NCBI RefSeq assembly: GCF_000143415.4
Contig: NW_003314276.1
Location: 1,308,366 to 1,372,365, forward strand
Reading direction: 5' to 3'
From: Selaginella moellendorffii
Lineage: Eukaryota; Plantae; Lycopodiophyta
DNA length: 64,000 nucleotides
The notes beneath the pieces are model-generated. The model made no database searches. It was not told where the DNA came from and saw only the letters and a program-made list of their open reading frames with translations. This document shows positions 36,401-49,492 of this stretch, piece after piece (position 1 is the first letter of the stretch; each line of letters opens with the position of its first letter). A program made the translations under genes and the position numbers.

Positions 36401-39400
36401 GTGATATAGTAAGTCAATGTCGTAAAAGGGAATGCTCATTATCTAAGAGGCCATCATTTGGGACACCCAAACACTCTAGAACACCAGAATGTGGTGTTTG
36501 ATGTTGCCAGGGCAATGGATAAGGCCCAAGGGACTAAGTCCCTAGCAAATGATGGATAGAAGGTGCTATCCAAATGTCCAAGGTGGCGGAGATGGGAGAA
36601 GACTGTCTACCCAAATTGGACAAAGCCAAAAATGGAATTTAGGCAAGGCTAGTGATGGGCATATAAGGGCCCATAAGCAATAATGTTAATCCCGGTGTGT
36701 GGGATTATAAGGTGAGTATATCTGGATTGAGGAACCACTCCCTAGGTTGTCGAGTAGGTTCATCCCCAAGAATACTTGCTAAGGCATGGTAGAAAGTGCA
36801 AAGCTATCCTAGGCGAATAACCGAAGGAAAGGTGTGAAGCCAAAAGCAAGTAGTAAGGGGATAAAACCAAACCATAGGAATCGAAGAGCATAATCAAAGG
36901 TGTTTATGCTAGTTGGGAGTGGAGGATCAAGTGGGTGCTCGAGTATGTTGTTACTAGCAACCATGATGCCATGGAGAGTCTAAAATATGGAATTATCCAT
37001 GTTAGACTATATGGCAACTAAAAAGCTTGCGAAAAGGGAGGCCTTAACAAGCTAAGGGACAAAGTTCCTTCGAAGTTCCTAAAGATGATGCTAGGTAATT
37101 TAGTACCTAGAAAGGCCAAGTGTAAATGGTTCCTAGAGCACACAAAATTAGAGTGGCGCAGCAGAAGCGTGGTTTTGAAGCTGGTCATGAAGCAAGGCTA
37201 TTAAAGTTGGGGAAGTAGTTCTCGAGTGTTCAAAGAGAGGGCTTTGAACGAAAGTCGATGGTTAAGGACTTTCATGCTTATGCATGAACCATGTTACAAT
37301 GGCCGGATGTAGCGCACCTTATATCTCTCCCCTTAAGCCAACTGGAAAAGGGGCAATTGCTTGATGAGAGAGCCCTTAGTGGCTATTTTATCCCCATCTA
37401 TCTCCTAAGGTTCCAAGGATCCACGGTGACAATATATCCAAATCTCATCCCATGATCACATGCGCTACACTCACCCCCCCTTCAGAGATGTCAATGTCCT
37501 CATTGACTATTGACTAACAACCCCTACTGAGCCAAGGGGAACCAACACCTCCATTTCCGCACTCAATCTACCAATCCTTCCATTGTGTAGACCAGCTATT
37601 TCATATGAGGCAACTAGTCATCCACCCGTACCGCAGTCCCACGGTGGATACCTTCGTCCGTGGATACTCCACACAAGAGGAAGGACGTACGCATGGATGC
37701 CCAATACGTACGATTTCAAATTTAGAGGTAGGAATATACCTTGCTCAAGGGTATATTATACTTTTAAGTAGCCACTAATCAATGGGAATCGAACCCGTGC
37801 CATTTGCTCTGATACCAACTATAGCGCACCTTATCTCTCTCCCCTTAAGCCAACTGGAAAAGGGGCAATTGCTTGATGAGAGAGCCCTTAGTGGCTATTT
37901 TATCCCCATCTATCTCCTAAGGTTCCAAGGATCCACGGTGACAATATATCCAAATCTCATCCCATGATCACATGCGCTACACCGGATGACTTACTAAGTG
38001 AGATTGGCAAGTGTGGATAATGGAGCAACAATTAATGGATAAAAGCAAAAGACTAGTGGCCAAGTGTGGGCTATGGAGTTCATTGGAAGGAATCCAAATG
38101 GCAAAGTTAGGCATGGAACATTAATGTGTTGGATGCTAACGGATTGTGAGAAAGGAAGTGTGCTTCCAAGGATGGATTCCCAAATGCTCCAAGTTGGCAA
38201 AGGTGAAAGCTCCAAAGGAGGGAGCAGCGAAGTAGCCAAAAGATAAGGCCATGGATAGCTCTAGCACAACTTACGATGGCTGGAACTTGGTGCCAAAAGC
38301 AACATAAAATAGAAAGGAGGACGATGGCACCCTCAAATGGGGAGCTTCCTAGGATGGGAACTGAAGTTGCACAATATGTTCAATGAAAGGTGTCAAAGAC
38401 ACCAAAGAAATTGACTTCGAGAAGTCAAAATTAAAAGTTCCAAGGTGAATTGGTTATGTCAATAGAAGTTGGGATTACTCGAGAATGAGTAGTGGGGTTA
38501 AGCTAGAGGACGGGTCTCTAATGGGTTTGGAGAGAACCACCTGAGGTGGTCAAATGAGTCTCTATGTTAGAGACACTATGCTCCTTAGAGGTTGGACAAG
38601 GCATGGCAAGCCTTCGGTGTCAAACCATTGACAAATATTGGCTAAGTGTCAAGGATGGTGAAGGTAATACATGCTAGTGTTACTTTATAAAACGGTTTAT
38701 CGTTCGATGAGGACATGGAACTTCGTCTATGGGTGGTGGAGTTGTGAGACACAAAATCCCTAGGCCCCAAAGTGGAGCCGAAAGGGTGCCACGTGGTAGT
38801 GGCCGAAGCAAAAGCCAAACGAGCGTAACACGTTTTGACTAAAAGGCTCCGACTTGAAAGGTCGAGAGCGGGAGTGGAACTCCCAACGGAGTGCTCAAGG
38901 AATGAGCATGAAGCGAGCAATAAGCGAAGCTCCAAAAAGGGACCCAAAAGGACCAACACATCATACGTGGAAGTGTCCGAGATGGAGTCCAAAATGGACC
39001 CGAGTTGGAGTCCGAGATGGAGTTTCGAGGTGGACCCGACATGGAGTCCGAGATGGAGTCCGAGATGGACCCGAGTTGGAGTCCGAGATGGAGTCCGAGG
39101 TGGACCCGAGATGGAGTCTGAGATGGACCCGAGTTGGAGTTCGAGGTGGAGTCCGAGATGAAGTCCGAGATGGAGTCCAAGGTGGACCCGAGATGGAGTC
39201 TGAGATGGACCCGAGTTGGAGTCCAAGGTGGAGTTCGAGATGGAGTCCGAGATGGACTGACATGGAGTCTGAGATGGAGTCTGAGAAGGACCCGAGATGG
39301 AGTCCAAGATGGACCCTAGATGGAGTCCGAGATGGACCGAGATGGAGTCCGAGAAGGACCCGAGATGGAGTCTAAAATGGACCCGAGATGGAGTCCGAGA

Positions 39401-40784
39401 TGGAGTCCGAGATGGACTCGAGATGGATTCTGAGATGGACTTGAGATGGAGTTCGAGATGGAGTCCGAGATGGAGTCCGAGATGGACCGAGACGGAGTCC
39501 GAGATGGAGTCTGAGATGGACCCGAGATGGAATCCGAGATGGAGTCCGAGATGGACCTGAGATGGAGTCCGAGGTCAAGACCGAGACCAGGACTGAGACC
39601 GAGACCGGGACCAAGACCGAGACCGGGATTGAGACCGAGACTAAGACCGAGACCAGGACAGAGACCGAGCCCGAGCCTGAGCCCGAGACCGAGGCCGAGC
39701 CCGAGTCTGAGTTCGAGTTCGAGTCCGAGTCCGAGTCCGAGTCCGAGTCCGAGTCTGAGTCTGAGTCTGAGTTGGAGTCTGAGTCCGAGTTTGAGTTTGA
39801 GTCTGAGAGGGTGAAAGCCCAAAGCGTTCATCTCCCAGACCCTAGGGGGTTTGGTGAGCTCCAAAAGTATAGTAAGGGGGAGGACTGCAGTGAAGCCAGT
39901 TTGGCCAGGAAAGGCCAGACCCAGTGTTGGGTGATGAACTGACCATTGGGAAGTCCAAGACTAGAGTGAATACGAACCGACAAGCGTGGTAGCTTGGTGA
40001 AGTGTTCAAGAGCCGGCTCTAGTTCCCCCAGGAAATCGACTGGCTGATGCTCCCAGTCCAAGTGTGGGTGGCACTACCTACTTGGATACTTGGTGTGGCT
40101 CAACGGAACCTCACTCTAAGCCCATAGCTAGAGCACCTAAAGGCAGAAGGTGGGGAGAGTACCCATGGGGCTCGTGTAGGGCCACGGTGTTCCGAAATGT
40201 TGTCCCAAAGTCCCAAATGGGGGAAAGGAGGAGGAGCAGTCCTCTAGTGTAGTGACTACGGATACGGTCACATAGTGAGGAAGTCCTAGAGGACAATGGG
40301 ACTTAATGGCCTGGCCTGCGGGCCTTGATCTAGTGGCAGTGTTGGTGAACATGGCCATAGACGGAAGAGGGACTTGGCAAGAACTGACAAAGGGATGTTG
40401 GGGAAGGCTATTCCCATGTCTATGGGCATCCTAAGGATGCTAAGGAGTGGATCTGGGATGACCACTCGTGGACAAATGGCCCAGTCTTGGAGAGACGAGA
40501 TTGTGATGCAAGTGGTATTAAACCACCAGTGTGACAAAGGTGAATGGGCATGGCCTTAGCATAACGGGCCGATATGTCAATGGTACCTTTGGGTGTCAGT
40601 CTTGGGACTGGACACGTGGAGCACTTGGACCAAGTGCAAGGGATGAGTGGCATGGATGCCATTCTCGGGACTAGCAGGTCTTAAGTCCTGAATTGGACTT
40701 AAGGAGGTTGTGAATGAGACTCCTCCAAGTGGGCAGAGGTGTGGTTAAGTGACTAAAGTAGAATGGAAAATTTGGTTGCTTATA
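33411..40784 (+). mobile_element. Non-autonomous LTR retroelement (LARD-like), copy 2, same family as 2872-11472 in opposite orientation
   Basis: LTRs 33411-35038 and 38743-40784; TSD GTATT/GTATC; decayed PBS after 35038; PPT GGGTGGTGGAGT 38731-38742; interior homologous to copy 1 but lacking about 1 kb. Confidence 0.93.
37308..37981 (-). mobile_element. TRIM (674 bp) nested in LARD copy 2
   Basis: 162-bp LTRs 37308-37469 and 37820-37981 (TGTAGCGCA...TGCGCTACA); TSD CCGGA; perfect PBS TGGTATCAGAGC (37806-37817, minus); PPT GGGGGGGTGAG. Confidence 0.95.
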
Positions 40785-42529
40785 GTATCTTAGGCTATAC
40801 AATCAAATTGAATCATCAAGCAAAAATGATAAGCCTCCTAAAGGTACATAGCCTACAGCTAGACAAATTGAGGTAGAATGGTTAGATACAGAAGAGCTAC
40901 CTAGTGTTTGTGTCATGACTAAATCCCAACAAAGAAGAGCTGAATTTGAATGCTAAGATAAAAGGAGTGATAATGAAGTAGAAATCATCCCTAACTCTCA
41001 ATGGTGTTAAAAGAAAAAGATCAATGAAGAAATCACTCAACAACTCCAAGACTTAGAACCACAAGTCAATTTGGAGAATGGTGATTTTAACACAGAAAGT
41101 TTCACGCCTTTACAAATTGACATGAATTTACCACTATTATAAAAGGAAAATCTTATACTAAAGCTAAATGGTAAAAATGAGAAAAGGTAGCAAAAGGCAT
41201 TTAAATGCCAGAATTACACTCACTTTAAGCTAACTTCTCATTATAGCATCTTACCTTAGAGCTATATTGCTTAAAGAGATCTTGTCTAAAAAGGAAGAAA
41301 CTTTAATCTCATCTATGGCCATTACAATTAAGTTAAAGGACTGTGATGATAAAGTTTTTACAATTGATATAAAGATTAGCAAGAATTTTTTATTTGGAAC
41401 TCTTATCGATAGTGGCTTAAGCATAAATATTTTAGAAGAGAGTATTTGCAAAGAATTAAGCTTAAGCCCAATTCAATCAGCCCTATTTAATGTACGAATA
41501 GCACATGATTGGAGTGTCAAACCCATCAGAATTATTAGAAATGTCTTAACCAATGTGGCTGACCTAAAGTACAAACTCAATTATGTCATACTTAAAATGA
41601 CATGACAAGATTTTGCCTACAAAACTCTATTAGGTAAACCTTGGTTAAAAATTGTTTACACAAACCAAGATTGGAAAAATGGTTTTGTGCATATAGAGTA
41701 AGGCAACAAAAAAAAATCGTGCCCATTACTTCCACCATACAATTGGAAAGGAAAAATCAACCTTTCAAAACTTAATTTTATGATTGGGAGGAAGACTTAA
41801 ATGATTTCCAAGAATAACAAATATTAAAAACTTTCCTTGAAATTAAGCCAATTTCAAAAGTTTATCTTTATTTAATACTCAAAAAAGTACCTAAGCAAAA
41901 AACCCTTAGATTAAAAATTAGTTCAGTTATAAAAGATTTCTCCTTAAAGGAGGATCTTGCCTATAAAATTGATTAATAAAGAAATTATATTTTACATGTT
42001 TCTTATGATCAACCATTTGAGCAAATCAATTTAACAAATGAGGATAATTTTCATACTATCACAATTACTCACGAATTGCAACGTGAATTTCACAATTAGG
42101 CTATAAATCTACTAAAAGGGTATAAAGACATTTTTGTTTAGTTTTACACATATTTAAGAGGCATTCCGTCATAATTATGTATGTATCTTATTGAGATACT
42201 CTTGGAAATATGCCTAAAAGGTAAATGCTCTATAGAATAAATCTTAATTACCAAAATAAACTCATTGAGGAAATTGATAAACTTCTTTATGTAGGATTCA
42301 TTTATCAAATCCAGAATGCTCAATGGCTTTCACCACTTGTGATTGTGCTTAAAAAAAATAGCAAGTGACGAGTTTGTATAAATTATAAAAAGTTAAATGA
42401 TGCAATAAAAAAAAAATATTCCCTATTCTTTTCACAAATGAAATTCTGGATTTAGAATAAAACTTTCCATTACTCAATTCCCTTTGTCTCGCTATAAGTT
42501 CTTCTACAATATAATAGCCTTCCATAATC

Positions 42530-42591
42530 CTTCAAGTGGTCGAAAGTGTGGTTAAGTGACTAAAGTAAAATGGAAAAATTAATCCCTTACA
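42530..42591 (+). repeat. Fragment of LARD-family LTR 3' end
   Basis: GTGTGGTTAAGTGACTAAAGTAAAATGGAAAA...CTTACA matches the LTR end at 35038. Confidence 0.75.
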
Positions 42592-43208
42592 TTAAAGAAA
42601 TCAAATCATCCATCAAGAACTTGTCAATCTATGCCAAAGTGTCAAGCTTATCATTATAAAGACCAAGCTCAACAACCTAGAGCAAGATTTGGAAAATCTA
42701 ACTACCTAAGGACAAACAATAGCTTTATCATGGGGGAGTGATGAAAAGGTAAATGTTTTATTTTGTATATCTTTCCAGGCAAAGCAAAAGAAGGAAACTT
42801 AAGCGAAATGGAGTTATGCTTAAATTTAGGCATCCAAAGAAAAAATAACTCAACCTAGGCAACACTTGTCATAGTTAAAAATAGTTATAAAATTATGTAG
42901 TAGCACTTAGATGTTCTAGAAAACAACCCCCACTCACTATTGTACGTATTTGTATTAAATTAACCATCTTTTTTTCTGTTTATGACTGTTTGTGCAAAGT
43001 AAAGTTGAGAGAGTGACATATATTTATCCTTACTCATGCCTTTGGGGTTTAAGGCTGAGTTTTATTCTATTCTCTTCTTATTATTTTTCTCTTTTTTTCT
43101 TCTTTATGTTTTTATCTATGTTTGTTTGTCATTATTTTGTAGGCAAGGGCAAGAACATGAGTATAGGCAAAAAAAGCCTTACTCAAGATTGCATTAGGAT
43201 AAGAAACT

Positions 43209-44590
43209 TGTTAGAGCTGAAATCCAAGGTATGATAGGTGCCTTAAGGTCATATTTAATGGCAATTTTAAAAGAAATTCCTGGACATAGCTAATATATAG
43301 TTAATGGTTCTTTCTTGTTTCAAGTAAACACTTTTTTTAGTTTCCTTCTAAATGTTCATTCTTTACTCTCATTTTTGGCTCTTTATCATGGTATTGGAGT
43401 AGGATCAAAAGGATGGAAATTCTGCCATTGTCACTTTGGCAATTCCATTTCCATTTTTGATAACTTCTCAAGTTGGAGATATTGAATCCTTAAAAGCAAG
43501 GGAGTTTAGGTTGTTGTCAATAGTGATGAGCTGAAGTCAGGCTACAAGGTGGATATCTGGAATTGGTGTGAGGACCATGGCATGGTGATGATTAGGTTTG
43601 TGGTGATAGAGAGCATATTGGATGATCTTGTCTTTAGTGAGAATTACATCAATAGCAAGTTGTGGAAGAAGCTGTGTGCACTGTAAAGTTTTGCTATGAA
43701 GGATCTTAGAGAAACTTGATATTTTCTTAATCTTGAGATTCACCATGATACAAAAACAAAGTCTCTTTACATCTCTAAATATCAATATTTAACAAAAGTC
43801 CTTCTTATTTGCTTATGAAACATAAGTAATATTAAGTTCTTGATAAAAATTGAATGTCCTTCCAACAAGAAGGATTGGTAGAAAATTGGCTAAGAGCAAT
43901 GATAACATAAGCCAAATTTGGACAGTTGCACACCATAGTATATATATCATACTCCCAAAAAATGGTACTTTTGCCATGGCTCGACACTCTTGGCAAAAAA
44001 CATCAAGACAACCAAATTTGTGATATGTTATACAAAGTAAGCTTTTGTTTTTGACAAGTGGTGGTTTTTCTTTTGTTACTTACAGCAACATTAGCTTGAC
44101 AGAGATAGCCATAAATCCACAACAAGGTGTTTTTTCTAACTTGGAACAAGTCTTGTTCTTTAAACCAACAAGAAGCAAACTCACATTACTTTTTCCTCTA
44201 TAGAAACAAAGTATCTTGCTACCTTAATTGCTTCGAAGGAAATTCTTTAGTTTCAAAAATTTCTTGGAGCTCTTGGGAAATCCTCCACATTAATTACTCT
44301 TCATGTTGACAATAAAAGAATTATTGATTAGTTGCAACACTAGAAGTTTCGAAAAACTATCACTATGTCAAAGATCTAATACATATAGAAATTCCATTGG
44401 AGTCATGGCCAAGCCTTGACTAAGGAAGGCACTAACAACAATCAAGGAGTGTTAGAGCTGAAATCCAAGATGTGATAAGTGCTTTGAGTCATATTTAGCA
44501 GTAATTTCAAGTGAAACCTTTAAACATAACAATAGTTCTTTCTTGTTTCAAGTAAGCAATTGTTTTCTGAAAAGATTCTATTCATTCTTT
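43209..44590 (+). mobile_element. Internally deleted Ty1/copia remnant
   Basis: LTR starts TGTTAGAGCTGAAATCCAAG at 43209 and 44450; decayed PBS TGGTATTGGAGT at 43389; RT-like YFLNLEI...LYIS..YLTKVL. Confidence 0.7.
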
Positions 44591-45414
44591 GACCTAACTA
44601 CCACTTAGGCGCAGTAGAGCATGGTCTCTCAATCGTCAACCCTAATCCCTAATCGAGTAGGAGACTGGTCTTTCATAGGGATGATCTGGCCACATACTGA
44701 GGGCATCGCTGCAGCCTCTAGTGCTCCTGGATCCAGCACTCTACTCTTGCAAGTGTTGTTTTTCTGGCCTCACTTTTGCAGCTGCCCGGCATAAGCAACC
44801 CCGAGTGCCAACCCACTTAAGTTTGTTTCCAATCCAATCCATACACGCTAAAAGCCACTTGGAACCAAAACAATAAACTCACAATTGTGTCACACACTCA
44901 CAGCAAGGCCGTCGTTGGCCATTTCCTAATGGTGCCAAGCTGAATCCAACCACACTATTTTGATTGAGAGCTCGCGATCAATCAAGAAGAAACCACCTAA
45001 AGGAAAACCGATGCTTTGCTTTGCTCCTGTTTTAGCTACACTCACTTCCAACTCGCTGCCTCTACTTCCGTTTAGTACATACACTATTTTACAATTGAAC
45101 ATCAAGTATCATAAGATGGTGGACGACTTACTAGGGTCGAAGCCTCTCCTCATCTCTGCCATTCACGTGCTGGTCGTGGTCGTTGATGTCCTTCACTTAC
45201 AATTCTATGCTTTGGCGTTGCCTCGGTGGTCCGCACGGCTTTAAAATGGTGGGCCCAGATCACATGGCCGGACTGAAAGCACGTGTTTTGACAGAGATAA
45301 CCAATCAGGCGCTCTTGATTTTAAAGCACGTGTTTTTCTCTCACATGCTTGACAGGCCTATAAATGTATGCAAGAATTGCTGTGACTTGCCAACATCGAG
45401 AAGTCATTGGAACC

Positions 45415-46200
45415 ATGCTTCTTCGTGCTCTATCGCTCTTTGCATTGTGTTTGCTGGTTTCCGCAGCACCAGCATCACCCCCTCCTCCTGGTTCATGTTC
45501 ATCCGACGCTGACTGCCCGGAGGCATACCCCTGCTGTAGTTCATGGGGAGACTGTGGCAACAAAGCCCCATGGTGTTCGTCGCCTCCTCCACCGCCTCCA
45601 CCATGCAAGTCTCCTTTATATGGTACTAGTGCTGATGGTACTGCCTTCAGTGGAAGTCTTACGAGTACGCCACTGGAGGGGCTACGCATAATCAGCGGTT
45701 GTGTGGTTGATGCCATTCAGTGGAAGTCTTCGGGTTCTTCTTGGACTCAAATGTATGGAACGAACTCCTGTTCAGGATGTTTACCACAGCCGCCTCCGCA
45801 AGCTGGTCTGAGAAGCACATCCTACGAGGTCTTTTTAAGTTAACGTTTTTCTTACTTTCTCAATTTCTTTCTGCAGATCTCTTTGGGCTCGGATGAGTAC
45901 ATTTACAAGGTATCGGGTACAACTGGAACAGACAAAACATGCGGTGCTGGTTGGGCGGGAGAAGGTGTTGTTTCGCTGACTGTGCATGTCAAGAACATGA
46001 AAACTGGTAAAACCAAACCATATGGTCCATTTGGTACTTCGACGAGTGGCACTTCCTTCGAAACAGCACCAGGCAACATAGTCTCGTTCTTTGGATATGC
46101 AAGCCCCAAGTCATATATGAAAGGCATCGGTGTTATCTATTCGACGTGCCCATCCAGTTCTGTTCAGACCACCCCCATGGGGGCGTTTAGCATCATTTAA
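45415..46200 (+). CDS. Secreted hevein-jacalin chimeric lectin, copy 2 (exons 45415-45828, 45877-46200)
   Basis: Protein identical to the 15413-16198 product. Confidence 0.85.
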
Positions 46201-48192
46201 GGAGTTGCCAAACTATGGTGCTATGCCAGACTATGTAATAAAGATTTGGTGCTATGCTAAACTATGTAATAAAGATTTTGGTGCTGTATTATCTGAGCAG
46301 CTCGCAGGGCTCCAGAGAATACAAGTCGGACTGCTAGCAAAAATGATCTATCTATCTATATGCTATTTTGAGTGCCCATCCTGAAGCATGAGACGCATTT
46401 TTTGCGTCGCTGTCATCTTCCATCGCCTCCAATGGCGTCTTCACTTCCATGGTTGGGCGGGATCTTGTCTAATTGTTCTTTGCTTCGTTCTAGGAGGCTA
46501 TCTAGCCTATCTATGAGGCTAAAGGTGTTGGTTCTTTTCTCATTGAGCTTAACAATGGGACTACATGCCAGATTGACCACAAAATTTTTTCCTATATCTT
46601 GTTCAATTTTCTGGAAATCAATGCAGTATTACTTTTTTTTTTCTTTTATGCCCCTTCTTTTTGTTCACCTAATGGCAGAGTAATATATTCATCCTTTACA
46701 ACAGCCTTTCCCTCATTAGCAATTGGTGTAATTACTTAATACTATGACCAAAACTAAATAATCACATTCAATTAATGGTAACATTTATGGTGTATAGTAT
46801 AATTCTTTTTACTTTTACTGCTAATCCTTGAGTTTCTCTAAATTTCTTCTATGAGATGATTATAAGGATGATTTGTATTATTAATTTGATCATTTTACAA
46901 TGATTACTATCTATCATTCTTCAAATGATATTTGGCATTTGCACAAATTTCCCAAATGTTTACAAAGGATAATTTTACAATGATACAATGTTTTAAGCAC
47001 AGACACTTCTGCAGATTAAAGTTGTGGGAATACTAAATTAGCACACGATGTGATTATACAAGAACTTTGCTGTAAAATGCTAATCTGTTGTCTTGAGAGC
47101 CACAGCCTCCACCCACATAGTGAAGAAATTTATTGCCAACAAGTAATAGTGGCTACGTAAAGATGCTAGAGATAATGGGCAAGTGTAAAATGGACTTGAA
47201 AAGGTAATGAACTGAAAGGGAAAATGTTGCTTCAAGGATTGAACTGTTAGCATATGCCTCTATGGCCTTGAAAATAACAGGCCAATAAAAACCACCATTG
47301 TTGATCCTGCAAAATGGCCTTTATAAAGGTGAAAGACTTTGACTTTAGCTTCTGTCAAGCAGCACAGTCAAGCTGTCAACAAGAAAAATTCTGAGCCTTG
47401 ATCTCCAAAGCCCGTTGCCACACCATTGGCAAGTTGTCTGGGGACTCTTGTGATGCAAATTTGACCTTGGTGTCAATGGGTGCACAATAGATTTGCTTTT
47501 GTCAACTGCCCAGGGTTTGCTAGGCAATTTATACTCTTGGTTCTAGTATGCTCAAGAGTTGATTACATAGGAACTCTAAGGTTGTCAATGTAAAGTTAGA
47601 GGAGTGGTTCATTCTTGATGCAACTTTTCATATACCAATATAACTGTCTCCTCAAAATAAAGGTGACTTTAAGTTCCCTAGTCCACCCGCTGGACCGCTT
47701 TGTAGCTTTGCTAAGATTTGTCAATGCTTATTCCCCATTGAGTGGTACACTCTAAGCCACTTGGGGTTGATGTTCATCAAGTAGTATTGGCAGCATGCTT
47801 GGCAAGCCCTGGTCGCTGGCCATGAGCACTGTGTTGGCTGGCCCAAGAATCTCTGCTTAAACTCATTTCTTGGATTTTCAATGACAAAGCTTCTTATTGG
47901 TCACACTAATTGTGGCGAGTTTCTTTGGAGTAGCCTTCTGGTCACTGGAAACGCTTCGGTATGCCGAGAGCCAGGCTTGGCTCCGTGGCACCACTTGGAG
48001 CAGGTGATCGATGTAGAGACAGATTTTCCTTATCACTTTTCTTGCAACATTGGCAGACGGAGAAGTCACAAAGCAAGCTTAAATGATGGAGAAAACCGGC
48101 ATTTGATCTGAAAGCTCGTCGCTCTCAAAGACAGGCAAACGTCCTATTGTTGTTCTTTCCCTACAGTAAAAATTTTGAGCTCAAATGAGTAG

Positions 48193-49134
48193 CTACTCAT
48201 TACTGTCCTGCCACGACTCAAGGGCCGCAAAGAACCTCTGCCAACCGAAGTAGACCCCCTCGATGATAAGAGCAGTCAGGTCCCTGGGATCGTCGTCGTC
48301 CTCGCGAGCACTCTCGAAGCACTTGAGGTAGACATCCCGGTTCACAAAGTCGTGGTGGCGGCCAGCACCAGCAGCAGCAGCAGCGAACAAGACGTTGGGG
48401 AACACAGCCACGCTGCGAAGCAAGTAGGCCAGCATCATCCTCCCGCATCGCCCATTCCCATCCACAAACGGATGGACGCACTCAAACTTGTAGAAGAATT
48501 CTGAGGCCAGCACCAGGAGCTGCTCCACCGTCTTGCAGCTGATTGTCGTCCTCTCCTCCTCGAAGAGCCGCTGCAGATCCGCGTTGGTCTTGCTCACCAA
48601 CTTGGACAGCTTCGGCCGGATTGCCCAGGCATCCGCGTAGAAGTGCTGCCTTCCGCTGCTCGTGATCGTCATTGCAACCTCGTTGCCGGACCGAAACAAG
48701 CCCGCGATGTCCGGCCTGCCCGACTCCATAAGCAGCTCGTGTGACTGCCTGAGCTTGTAGTTGTTGACGCTGGGATCCTCCTCCTGATCCTGGAGCCACC
48801 ATGTCTTGTTGAATGCTCGGGACAGGCAGCGGACTTGTTCCAATCTCTCGTCCCGAGCCACTACTTTGTCGTCCAAGTCCCCTTGGAGCTGCTCCAGGGC
48901 GTGGAGTGTTTCATCCCGGGTATCAAAGCCTTCCAGCTCCAGCTTGTTCACCTGGAACAGGAAGTCGGCCATGGCGTCGCGCTGCGCGTACACGTCCAGC
49001 GCCCATGCTTTGGCATCGCCATCCAACGCCAGGAACCTCTTCACGTACCCACAAATGGCGTCCACCATGCTGCTCGTCGCCGGGGCTCCGTCGCCACCGC
49101 ACCTCCAAAAGGGCCTCTCCGCGTATCGCCCCAT
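48193..49134 (-). CDS. Fic/DOC-domain protein (putative AMPylase), intronless, 313 aa
   Basis: Canonical HPFVDGNGRCGR motif in an uninterrupted ORF. Confidence 0.9.
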   Translation of the reverse strand: MGRYAERPFWRCGGDGAPATSSMVDAICGYVKRFLALDGDAKAWALDVYAQRDAMADFLFQVNKLELEGFDTRDETLHALEQLQGDLDDKVVARDERLEQVRCLSRAFNKTWWLQDQEEDPSVNNYKLRQSHELLMESGRPDIAGLFRSGNEVAMTITSSGRQHFYADAWAIRPKLSKLVSKTNADLQRLFEEERTTISCKTVEQLLVLASEFFYKFECVHPFVDGNGRCGRMMLAYLLRSVAVFPNVLFAAAAAGAGRHHDFVNRDVYLKCFESAREDDDDPRDLTALIIEGVYFGWQRFFAALESWQDSNE

Positions 49135-49492
49135 CTGTAAGCCCTAACCAACAAGGGCTCCATGTTATACCCTTTTCATTTTAAGGTGGCTATGTATAAA
49201 GCTTTCTCAAATTTGTGTAAACCTATATTCCGAGAATATTCCAAGGCCCCTCAAAATATGCAATATGAGAGCCTAAACACTGTGTAACCATTTTCATGCA
49301 TGGATATTTGTAGTACTTGGTACCTGAGAACCGAACATGCTATCCAGCTGGCCTGTTGAAATCATTTTCACAGCACAGGAAAGTGTTTGTCCATACCCCA
49401 AGTGTCACTTTAATCATGCCGGTTGCAGCTCGAGCCCGCTTCTTCCCCTTGTTTTGCGGCGCAGAAGCACGAAATCAGCTTGAAATACAAAG

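Larger units (their letters stand above)
32359..42450 (+). mobile_element. Degenerate Ty3/gypsy gag-pol interrupted by LARD copy 2
   Basis: CCHC knuckle CTRCKNENHNKREC near 32975; protease LIDSGLSINIL in ORF 41267-41605; RT SPLVIVLKKN..RVCINYKKLND near 42330. Confidence 0.85.
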
